From the NCBI GenBank assembly GCA_963823665.1, contig CAWGMQ010000004.1:480001-544000 (forward strand): a DNA stretch of 64,000 nucleotides. Direction: 5' to 3'. The translations under genes were made by a program, and so were the position numbers. The first letter of the stretch is position 1. Every line of letters starts with the position of its first letter. This DNA is from an uncultured Planctomycetota bacterium. GTDB lineage: Bacteria; Planctomycetota; Planctomycetia; Isosphaerales; Isosphaeraceae. Shown here piece after piece: positions 49,691 through 57,529 of this stretch. Under the pieces are notes generated by a model, which saw only the letters and a list, made by a program, of their open reading frames with translations, had not been told where the DNA came from and ran no database searches.

Positions 49691-51241
49691 ATGCTCCCAG
49701 ATTTACGTCGCCTCCGAATGCACGCCGTTGGTCGGGGAGATGGCCCAGCCCGATCAAGGCGTCGGAGCTTTCGGCCGGCTCCAGAGGGCCTTGAGCAAAG
49801 ATGTCTTCTGTTCATAGATTTCCTAGTCACTCCACAACCGCAGAGCTTCGCTGGCGTGGGATTCGTTCTGAACCCCGTCGCTCAGTTTCTGGGGGGCATT
49901 ACGGGTGCCGGACAAAATGACACGAATCCAAGTGACTATACCGTGAAGATCAATTGGGGGGACGGCAGCGGTTGGGATACCACCACCGCGAAGCTCTTCC
50001 CCGAAGGCGACAGTATGTGGATAAAGGCGTCACATACCTACGATACCGCTAACACGTACCCGGTGACCATAAGTGTCACCCTGACGACGTCGGGTGAGAC
50101 AGAGAGCGCGACCTCCCAAGCCTATGTTTCGCCCATGCCGACAACTGCGCAGCCGCTAAGCGCGCCTGTCTCCTACGCCGCTGTCAAGCCGTTAGCCGTC
50201 GAGACTATTGATGACTACTACGGGGTACAAGAGGTCGGTTTACTAACTGGTACAGGTCTGGCGGACAACTTTCCGGTAGCTCTGATCGTCGGCGGCTACA
50301 ACGGCGCGGAATTCAATCCTGGCGACCTTCGTGCGCAGATCAACTGGGGTGACAGCGGGACATGGTATCAAAACGTGCAACTAAATCCGTACGGAGGAGA
50401 TTGGCAGCTTACTGCGAGTCATGTGTATTACCAGGTTGGCACCTTCCCAGCTACGCTTTATGTCACCGGACCAGACGGCCAGACAGCCAGTTGGACAGCA
50501 CTCAACGTTGTCGTCGATCAGAGCCCCAAACCGAGCACGATCACCTTCGGCGGCCTGAGCCCGACGCAGTGGCAAGAGAACCAGCTCGGCTACGATGGGA
50601 CCATCCCAGTTAACGGTGGCGCGGGGGGATACCAGAACCTGCAAATCAGCGGACTGCCACCTGGACTGAGTGCCACGATATTGAGCAGCACGATCAATGG
50701 TCAACAAAGCGGCACAATCACGATTAGCGGTACACCGACCCAGAGCGGGACGTTCACCCTCACGACGACGCTGCAAGACGGCAAAGGCGACACAGGCACT
50801 GGGACCGAGACTTTGACGATCACCGCAGCACCGCCGACCCCGAACCCCCCGTCGACGCCACCACCACCGGCGTCGTACTACCCAACCAGCCAGCCCAATT
50901 ACGGTGTCGCCCCAAGGAACGATCGTGTGCCGATGACCACGAAGGCGCAACGGATCGCGTGGAGGAGACTAGCACTTAGTCTAGCAAACGACATGCGATC
51001 ATTCCTCGAACCGGGTGACGGCCTGCGTGTGACGAGCATTATCAAAGCTGGCGAGCACAACAACTTCCAAAAGATGGACGTAGTCCCAACCGGCGGGACG
51101 ACCTGGGAGGAATTGGCTTTCGCAGCCTCCAGAGCTGGCTTCTGGGTTCACGCGGAGGGAGTTACTTTGGGCGGCGTCCATTGGCCGTTGAGCCCCAGGG
51201 CTACCGGCCCACATCTGGACCTTTATCACTTGAGACAATAG
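49691..51241 (+). CDS. Planctomycete secreted protein with PKD/Ig-like domains and a putative C-terminal M15/LAS-type metallopeptidase domain
   Basis: RRRSFRPAPEGLEQRCLL motif; INWGD repeats; GLPPGLS..TISGTPT (He_PIG-like); Pro linker; VTS...HNNFQKMD...GPHLD. Confidence 0.7.
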   Translation: MLPDLRRLRMHAVGRGDGPARSRRRSFRPAPEGLEQRCLLFIDFLVTPQPQSFAGVGFVLNPVAQFLGGITGAGQNDTNPSDYTVKINWGDGSGWDTTTAKLFPEGDSMWIKASHTYDTANTYPVTISVTLTTSGETESATSQAYVSPMPTTAQPLSAPVSYAAVKPLAVETIDDYYGVQEVGLLTGTGLADNFPVALIVGGYNGAEFNPGDLRAQINWGDSGTWYQNVQLNPYGGDWQLTASHVYYQVGTFPATLYVTGPDGQTASWTALNVVVDQSPKPSTITFGGLSPTQWQENQLGYDGTIPVNGGAGGYQNLQISGLPPGLSATILSSTINGQQSGTITISGTPTQSGTFTLTTTLQDGKGDTGTGTETLTITAAPPTPNPPSTPPPPASYYPTSQPNYGVAPRNDRVPMTTKAQRIAWRRLALSLANDMRSFLEPGDGLRVTSIIKAGEHNNFQKMDVVPTGGTTWEELAFAASRAGFWVHAEGVTLGGVHWPLSPRATGPHLDLYHLRQ

Positions 51242-51287
51242 TTCTAGGGCTCTTCAGACACACGAACTAGCCAGCCGCGAAGGATGG

Positions 51288-54212
51288 GTGTCTGACGACG
51301 TCCGCGCTCCTCGGAGATCTGCCATGGCTGAACCAATCAAATCGCAGAGCAAGGCGGAGGGGACCGGCGAAGGCAGTAATGCGCCCTCGGTCGATCTTAA
51401 ATATGGCGAGGCCGCCTTCCAGACCGCGAACCCTGAAGTTGAGCGGCAACTGAATGTGGATGAGACCGAGAAGCTCCGGGCGCAAGAAGCCGAACTTGTG
51501 GCTCGCGAACGGGCCGGGGCTGAGCGACGGCTGCGGCGCCGGACCTGGTTTATGATCGGAGCGATGGCCGCAACGCTTATCGCATCTGGGATTGCCACCT
51601 ATTTCGGGTACAATGCCAGCCTAAGCGCCAAGTCCGCGCGGATAGCGGAGGAGCACGAAAGGGTCCAAAGGGATATCGCAGAGGCGGCGACGAGGAAAGA
51701 GAGGGAGCAACGGGGAATCGCGGAACACGCGACGAGGGAAGCGAAGGATCAAACGCGAATCGCGGAATCCCGACGGGTCGCGGCGATCTCCAGGGCTGAA
51801 CGGGACAAGCGACTGGATCGCGCTCTTCTCCTGGCGGTCGAAGCTCATGACATCTCGAACACGTGGGAAGCCCGGAATGTTTTGCTAGGCTCTTTGATGG
51901 CCAGACCTGGACTCGTGGCGTTCTTGCAGTCGTCCGAGGACGACGTCAAGAGTGTGGCCTTCAGCCCCGACGGCAAGACGCTGGCCGCGGGCTGCAACTT
52001 GGGCGGCGTAGTGCTCTGGGATACATCGCGACGCTTGCGCCTTCCGGATCAGCCTCTGGCCGTAGCCGAAGGACATGTTGAGAGTGTGAGCTTTAGCCCC
52101 GACGGAAAGATCTTGGCCGCAGGCTACGCTGTCGGCGCCTTCGGCGGCGAGGGCGGCGGTGTGGTGCTCTGGGACCCGACGCGACGCTCTCGCCTCCTCG
52201 ATCAGCCGATGGCCGTAAAGGAAGGCCAAGTGCTGAGCGTGGCATTCAGCCCCGACGGCAAGACCCTGGCCGCAGCGTATCTCGGCGCCAAGGGCGGCGG
52301 TGTGGTGCTCTGGGACGCGGCGCGACGCTCTCGCCTCCCCGATCAGCCAATGGCCGTGGAGGAAGGCGAAGTGTGGAGCGTGGCCTTCAGTCCCGACAGC
52401 AAGACCTTGGCCGCGGGATGCGGCTTCGCAGGGGCCGTGCTGTGGGACATAACGCAACGCTCGCGCCTCCCGAATCAGCCGCTTCGCGTACCGGAAGGCT
52501 ATGTCAAGGGCGTGGGGTTCAGCCCTGACGGCAAGTCCCTGGCCGCGGGCTACAGTAGGGTTACGCGTCAACAACGCAGCGGGGGCGAGGGCGGCGGGGT
52601 GGCGCTGTGGGACGTTGGTCGGCGTGAGCGGCTACCCGACCAGCCGATTCCGATAGCCGAGGGTAGCGTGCAGTGCCTGGCCTTCACTCCCGACGGCAAG
52701 ACTTTGGCCGCTGGTTACATCACTGAAATCGGCGTCGACCGCGGTCGCGCCGGGGTAGTGCTTTGGGACACGACGCGACGCTCGCGCCTCCCGGATCAGC
52801 CCATGACTGCGGCCGAAGGCTCCGTAATGAGCCTGGCCATCAGCCGCGACGGCAAGACGCTGGCCGCAGGCTATGGTGTCGGTGATGGCTACGGCGTCGG
52901 TCGCGGCGGCGTGGTGCTCTGGGACACGGCACGACGCTCTGCCCTCAGCGGTCAGCCCCTAGCCGTTGATGAAGGCGCAGTTGACAGCGTGGCCTTCAGT
53001 CCCGACGGCAAGACACTAGCCGCGGGCTTCCGTTACACCAGCGAGTTGGCGAGGAAAGCGGTTCAAGGAAGCCGAGCCGATTTCAGCGAAAGCGGTGTGG
53101 TGCTCTGGGACACGACGCTACGCTCGCGCCTCGCGGATCAGCCTCTGGCTGTTGCCGAAGGCGATGTCACCACCGTAGCCTTCAGCCCCGACGGGAAAGT
53201 TCTCGCTGCGGGGTTCGATGGACACCCCCGATACGACCACAACGGCGGTGTGGTGCTTTGGGACACGATGCGACGCTCGCGCCTCCCCGATCAGCCATTG
53301 GTCGTAGACCAAGGCCGAGTTTCGAGCGTGGCTTTCAGCCCTGACGGCAAGACTCTCGCTGCGGGTTACGAGTCTTCCGGTCGCGGCGGCGTGGTGCTCT
53401 GGGACACGACACGACGCTCGCGCCTCCCGGATAAGCCGCTAGCCGCTCAAGAAGGGGATGTCAACAATGTGGCCTTCAGTCCCGACGGAAAGACACTGGC
53501 CGCTGGCGGCGGCTACGCTTTCCTTCTCAGAGGCCACGGTGGCGTGGTGCTGTGGGACACAACGCGACGCTCGCGCCTCCCGGATTTGCCACTCAACTTA
53601 GTGTCAGGACAGGTCGCGAGCGTGGCCTTCAGCCCAGACGGCAAGACCATGGCCGCTGGCCACGGTTTCGACGGCCTCCTTATGAGCGGCGCGCGCCGGG
53701 GCAGTGTCGCGCTCTGGGACACGGGGCTGCGCCCGAGCCTCCGGAATCAGCCCCTGTCTGTGGTCGAAGGTAATGTCAGGAGTGTGGCCTTCAGCCCCGA
53801 CGGAAAAACCCTCGCCGCGGGATGTGGATTCGGCGGCTCCGAGGACGAGGGTGGCGGTGTGGTTCTCTGGGACACAACGCAACGATTGCGCCTTCATGAT
53901 CAGCCCCTGGTCATAGCCGACGGAGGGGTTAAGAGTGTGGCATTCAGCCCCGACGGAAAGACCCTGGCCGCAGGCTACGGCGTCTTCCAACGTAGCGGCG
54001 GGGTGGTGCTGTGGGACGTCGATCTCGCATCCTGGCGCCGCCACGCTGGAGCGATCGCGAACCGGAACATGTCTCGAGAGGAATGGCAGGAGTATTTTCC
54101 CGATAAGCCCTATCGAAGGACCTTCGACTGGCTTCCGGAATCGCCGGGCATGGAGCCGACCTCCAAGGTCAAAACTCCACCTTCTCCCAGTCCGCCGTCA
54201 CCCCGAAGTTAG
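51288..54212 (+). CDS. Membrane-anchored WD40 protein (14 repeats)
   Basis: TM TWFMIGAMAATLIASGIATYFGY, coiled coil, RALLLAVEA, then 14 x V.SVAFSPDGKTLAAG...GGVVLWD. Start may be the ATG at 51324. Confidence 0.88.
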   Translation: MSDDVRAPRRSAMAEPIKSQSKAEGTGEGSNAPSVDLKYGEAAFQTANPEVERQLNVDETEKLRAQEAELVARERAGAERRLRRRTWFMIGAMAATLIASGIATYFGYNASLSAKSARIAEEHERVQRDIAEAATRKEREQRGIAEHATREAKDQTRIAESRRVAAISRAERDKRLDRALLLAVEAHDISNTWEARNVLLGSLMARPGLVAFLQSSEDDVKSVAFSPDGKTLAAGCNLGGVVLWDTSRRLRLPDQPLAVAEGHVESVSFSPDGKILAAGYAVGAFGGEGGGVVLWDPTRRSRLLDQPMAVKEGQVLSVAFSPDGKTLAAAYLGAKGGGVVLWDAARRSRLPDQPMAVEEGEVWSVAFSPDSKTLAAGCGFAGAVLWDITQRSRLPNQPLRVPEGYVKGVGFSPDGKSLAAGYSRVTRQQRSGGEGGGVALWDVGRRERLPDQPIPIAEGSVQCLAFTPDGKTLAAGYITEIGVDRGRAGVVLWDTTRRSRLPDQPMTAAEGSVMSLAISRDGKTLAAGYGVGDGYGVGRGGVVLWDTARRSALSGQPLAVDEGAVDSVAFSPDGKTLAAGFRYTSELARKAVQGSRADFSESGVVLWDTTLRSRLADQPLAVAEGDVTTVAFSPDGKVLAAGFDGHPRYDHNGGVVLWDTMRRSRLPDQPLVVDQGRVSSVAFSPDGKTLAAGYESSGRGGVVLWDTTRRSRLPDKPLAAQEGDVNNVAFSPDGKTLAAGGGYAFLLRGHGGVVLWDTTRRSRLPDLPLNLVSGQVASVAFSPDGKTMAAGHGFDGLLMSGARRGSVALWDTGLRPSLRNQPLSVVEGNVRSVAFSPDGKTLAAGCGFGGSEDEGGGVVLWDTTQRLRLHDQPLVIADGGVKSVAFSPDGKTLAAGYGVFQRSGGVVLWDVDLASWRRHAGAIANRNMSREEWQEYFPDKPYRRTFDWLPESPGMEPTSKVKTPPSPSPPSPRS

Positions 54213-54234
54213 GCGAGTATCACCGCGTGCTGCG

Positions 54235-54540
54235 CTATCCGTTGATATGCCGCTCGATTTCCCGCAGCACGTCCACGAGGCGCTCAAATATCGGTGGCTC
54301 ACCGAAGATCATCTCCTGCATATTGCGGCAGTCCTGCTCCAATTCCGGAAGGCGGACATCCGGCGGCACGAGCCGGAGCGTGCCCGGTTTGAGGGAATCG
54401 TCAGCGTCCAACTTCACGAGGAGAGCACCGCTTTTTCGTATGTCCTCCGATTCTTGAACAACTTGATGGTCGGGGTCCGCGACGAAGGACAGTTCGGCGA
54501 TGCGGCGACTGCGACGATAGCTACGAAGACTGGCGTTGTC
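54235..54540 (-). pseudogene. Probable C-terminal remnant of an AbiEii/AbiGii-family nucleotidyltransferase
   Basis: KPGTLRLVPPDVRLPELEQDCRNMQEMIFGEPPIFERLVDVLREIERHING resembles, from recall, AbiEii C-termini. The upstream part is not recognisable. Confidence 0.45.
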
Positions 54541-54776
54541 CGTCCCGATCGTGCTGAGAGGTAGATCTCCGGCGGATATATGCGGCAAAGACGATTTGAG
54601 CGGTGTCGCCTCCGGCGAGATCGCGATCAGTCTCCGCGAACCTGTGAGAGATTTCCCTCTCCTCTTCCGTCTCCTCCCCCTCGCAGGGAAGGAGAAACGG
54701 AGTGTGGTGCCTTGGAAAGACCGCCACGGCCGTCGGCCATCCACGCCTTGACCGAACGCGACGGCCAACACTGCCG

Positions 54777-54810
54777 ATTTGGCAACAATTTGGCAACAGG
54801 ATTGGCAATA
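54777..54810. repeat. Candidate integrase arm-type sites
   Basis: TTTGGCAACA twice and ATTGGCAATA; related TGGGAACAA twice at 55027-55046 on the other side of the tRNA fragment. Confidence 0.55.
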
Positions 54811-54914
54811 TCAGCCCAATGCCGCTATAATGTACGTGGGTAAATGTGGCATCGTAACCGCCTTGAAATCACTGGCTTTAAGTGTCGCTACAACGTGTTT
54901 CCAATACCACGAGT

Positions 54915-54983
54915 ATGGCAGACGTACCGGACTCAAAATCCGGTCCTCGCAAGAGGGTGTGGGTTCAAGTCCCACCTTCGGTA
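54915..54983 (+). tRNA. 5'-truncated tRNA-Leu(CAA) copy (att-site remnant), copy 2
   Basis: Direct repeat of 18886-18953 with 2 mismatches (GACGTACCGG vs GACGCGCCGG); lacks the 5' acceptor strand; about 90 bp upstream of an integrase. Confidence 0.82.
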
Positions 54984-55073
54984 GTATATACTTAGGGCAA
55001 ATCGCAACATGCCGATTCGCCCCCAGTGGGAACAAATTGGGAACAACGTTGCGGTGACATTGGAGCCGCAACG

Positions 55074-56411
55074 ATGGCTGCAATTGAAGAACGGTGCGGA
55101 CGTTATCGCATCCATTTCCGTTGGCATGGCAGGCAACATAAGCTCCCCCTGGGCAAAGTCTCCCAGGAGGAAGCCGAAGCAAAATCGGCACTGGTTGATT
55201 ACCTGTTGATGCGACTTAAACAACGATTGATCGAGCTGCCGCCCGGCCTCGACATCGTTGAGTTCTTCCAATTCGATGGCAACCCACCCGCCGACCTGCA
55301 AGAAGTGCCCACCGAATCGCGGGAACTTACGCTTGCCGGTTTCCGCGACCGCTACCTGGCGACGCACAGGGATTCCCTTGTGGAACGCACCATCGAGGGA
55401 ATCGAATTGCATTTCAAGCACCTGACCGCCGCCCTTGGCGAGCGGTTCCCGATCCGCGAGCTGAAACTTGCCGACCTGCAAGGCTACGTTGACCGCCGTG
55501 CCAAGGCGAAGGGCATTAGCGGCAAGCGGCTGAGTCCGGCCACCATCAGGAAAGAAATCGTCACGCTGCGGACGGCATGGAACTGGGCTGAGAAGATGGC
55601 AATCGTCGCGGGCCGCTTTCCTTATAACGGACTTCGTTATTCCAGAAGCGATGAGAAACCGCCATTTCAGACGGTCGAGGAGATCGAGCGTCGCATCAAG
55701 GCGGGGGGAGTTACCGCCGCCCAGAAAAAGCAGCTCTGGGAAAGCCTCTACCTGCGGACGCCGGAAATCGCGGACCTGCTCGCCTTTGCCAGCGAGCAGG
55801 CCGCCTATCCGTGGATTTTCCCGCTGATATGCATGGCAGCCCATACCGGGGCCAGGCGGAGCGAATTGACCCGGATGCTGATAACCGATGTCGATTTCGA
55901 CGCTGGCAGCGTCACCATACGCGAGAAGAAGCGTGTCCACGGCAAGGATTCGACCCGTCGGGCACCGCTGACGACGACGCTGACGGAAGCCCTCCAGGCA
56001 TGGCTAACCGTCCATCCCGGCGGCAATACGCTGTTTTGCCATGCAGGGCACGTTGAACGCAGCCGCACACGCAGCCGCACGACAGGCCATAGAAGCGGGA
56101 AGGGAAGGGCGACGACCCTAGCCAAACGGTTGGCGACGGTGCAGGTGCGGCAGGAACAGCCGGAGGCAGGACCGCTCACGCCGAGGGAATTGCACGATCA
56201 TTTCCGCCGCACGTTGAGCGGTGGAAAGTGGAAAGTGGTCCGGGGCCTGCACGTACTTCGGCACTCGGTTGCGTCGTGCCTTGCGGCGGCAGGGGTCGAT
56301 CAGCGAATTATCGACGACATCCTCGGCCATCAATCACTTGAAATGCAGCGTCGCTACCGGCACCTCACCCCGCACGTAAAGCGTCAGGCTGTCTTGGGCG
56401 TGTTTGGTTGA
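55074..56411 (+). CDS. Tyrosine integrase
   Basis: SPATIRKEIVTLR, AAHTGARRSEL, GLHVLRHSVAS and ILGHQSLEMQRRYRH. ATG after GGAG; adjacent to the att-like tRNA fragment. Confidence 0.92.
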   Translation: MAAIEERCGRYRIHFRWHGRQHKLPLGKVSQEEAEAKSALVDYLLMRLKQRLIELPPGLDIVEFFQFDGNPPADLQEVPTESRELTLAGFRDRYLATHRDSLVERTIEGIELHFKHLTAALGERFPIRELKLADLQGYVDRRAKAKGISGKRLSPATIRKEIVTLRTAWNWAEKMAIVAGRFPYNGLRYSRSDEKPPFQTVEEIERRIKAGGVTAAQKKQLWESLYLRTPEIADLLAFASEQAAYPWIFPLICMAAHTGARRSELTRMLITDVDFDAGSVTIREKKRVHGKDSTRRAPLTTTLTEALQAWLTVHPGGNTLFCHAGHVERSRTRSRTTGHRSGKGRATTLAKRLATVQVRQEQPEAGPLTPRELHDHFRRTLSGGKWKVVRGLHVLRHSVASCLAAAGVDQRIIDDILGHQSLEMQRRYRHLTPHVKRQAVLGVFG

Positions 56412-56677
56412 TGCCGCCGGTCCGGCAACAACCCTTCTCGCTGAAAGCGAAGCAATTCCTCGTGGGCGATCACCCACGAGGGATGCTTCCCGCGACCACT
56501 GGTTTTCTTTTGTGCCCGGATGCGGCCGAGGCGGCAATACTCCCGGCAGGTGAAGGCTTCACGCCCCACCAGCCGGGCGAATTCCTCCGGCGTGTAAAAC
56601 GCTTTGACCGCCTGCCGCTCGACAAGCTTGGCAAGCATGGCCTCGATGCGGCTCAGGCGGTCTTCGATGGGTTCCAT
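56384..56677 (-). CDS. Excisionase-like HTH protein
   Basis: FYTPEEFARLVGREAFTCREYCRLGRIRAQK...WVIAHEELLRF; convergent with and overlapping the integrase end. Confidence 0.8.
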   Translation of the reverse strand: MEPIEDRLSRIEAMLAKLVERQAVKAFYTPEEFARLVGREAFTCREYCRLGRIRAQKKTSGRGKHPSWVIAHEELLRFQREGLLPDRRHQPNTPKTA

Positions 56678-56710
56678 CGCTCATGCACTCCGCAGTCTCG
56701 ATCTCGTTGG

Positions 56711-57175
56711 TTAGTGGTCATGGCCATCGTCACGCACGCGGTCCTGGACGCTTGCCTGTTGCGGCTCGAGCCGCCGCGAGGCTTTGCATTGGTCGATGAG
56801 TTCCGACGGCGTGGGAGGGCGGGAAGCCGCTACGTCGGGCTGGGACCGTTCGCGACCTGAAATCAAATCCCATGACGTGTGGAATTCTATGTCTTTATGC
56901 GGATTGGAGGCCGCATCCCGCGTCAACCTTGTCAGCTTCTCGCCGTTACCAAGGGCATCATCCAGGGCCAACGGCATGATGGTGCCTTCGCGGATCGGGT
57001 AATACAACGCTTCATAATGTGACTGACTGTCGATTCCGAAATCAACAATCGCCGTGTGGTTTGGCCACATGTCGAGCATCATTGATTCGATTAGGCGACG
57101 AGTTGCGGGCCGAACCTTTTCAAGCTGCGACAAGAATTCGGCCAATCTGGCGTCAGCATCGTCTATTGTGTTCAT
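56711..57175 (-). CDS. Hypothetical protein
   Basis: In-operon ORF with RBS (GAGGG); C-terminal PPTPSEL...RDDGHDH. Confidence 0.65.
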   Translation of the reverse strand: MNTIDDADARLAEFLSQLEKVRPATRRLIESMMLDMWPNHTAIVDFGIDSQSHYEALYYPIREGTIMPLALDDALGNGEKLTRLTRDAASNPHKDIEFHTSWDLISGRERSQPDVAASRPPTPSELIDQCKASRRLEPQQASVQDRVRDDGHDH

Positions 57176-57208
57176 TGTTGTGCCCTCGAAAACCTGTCGC
57201 CCACATCC

Positions 57209-57511
57209 TCACTCCCGGCCCAGGTCCTGGCCGTGGTCGTGACCCGGCTCCGGCCGGTAGGGCTGTTTGTCCCTGGCGATTTCGCTAGGGGAGGGAATCC
57301 TCTCCTCCCGACGGGCCGCGATTTCGCCTTGTGTCGGATTCAGGATCGTGCCTGGTTCATCCACATGGATGGTTTCCGGGAATGCCCGCAGGGCCATTGC
57401 GATTTCATCGGCACCCTGCCGCCCGGCAGCGGCAAGCGTGCCGTCTTTCGTGATCGCGTGCCAGATGCGTGCCACCAGGCCACCGGGTTCATTCGATACT
57501 TGCTTCGCCAT
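57209..57511 (-). CDS. Hypothetical protein
   Basis: In-operon ORF with RBS (GAGGAG); C-terminal IPSPSEI...PGHDHGQDLGRE. Confidence 0.65.
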   Translation of the reverse strand: MAKQVSNEPGGLVARIWHAITKDGTLAAAGRQGADEIAMALRAFPETIHVDEPGTILNPTQGEIAARREERIPSPSEIARDKQPYRPEPGHDHGQDLGRE

Positions 57512-57529
57512 CGTAAAACTCCTCTCAGG

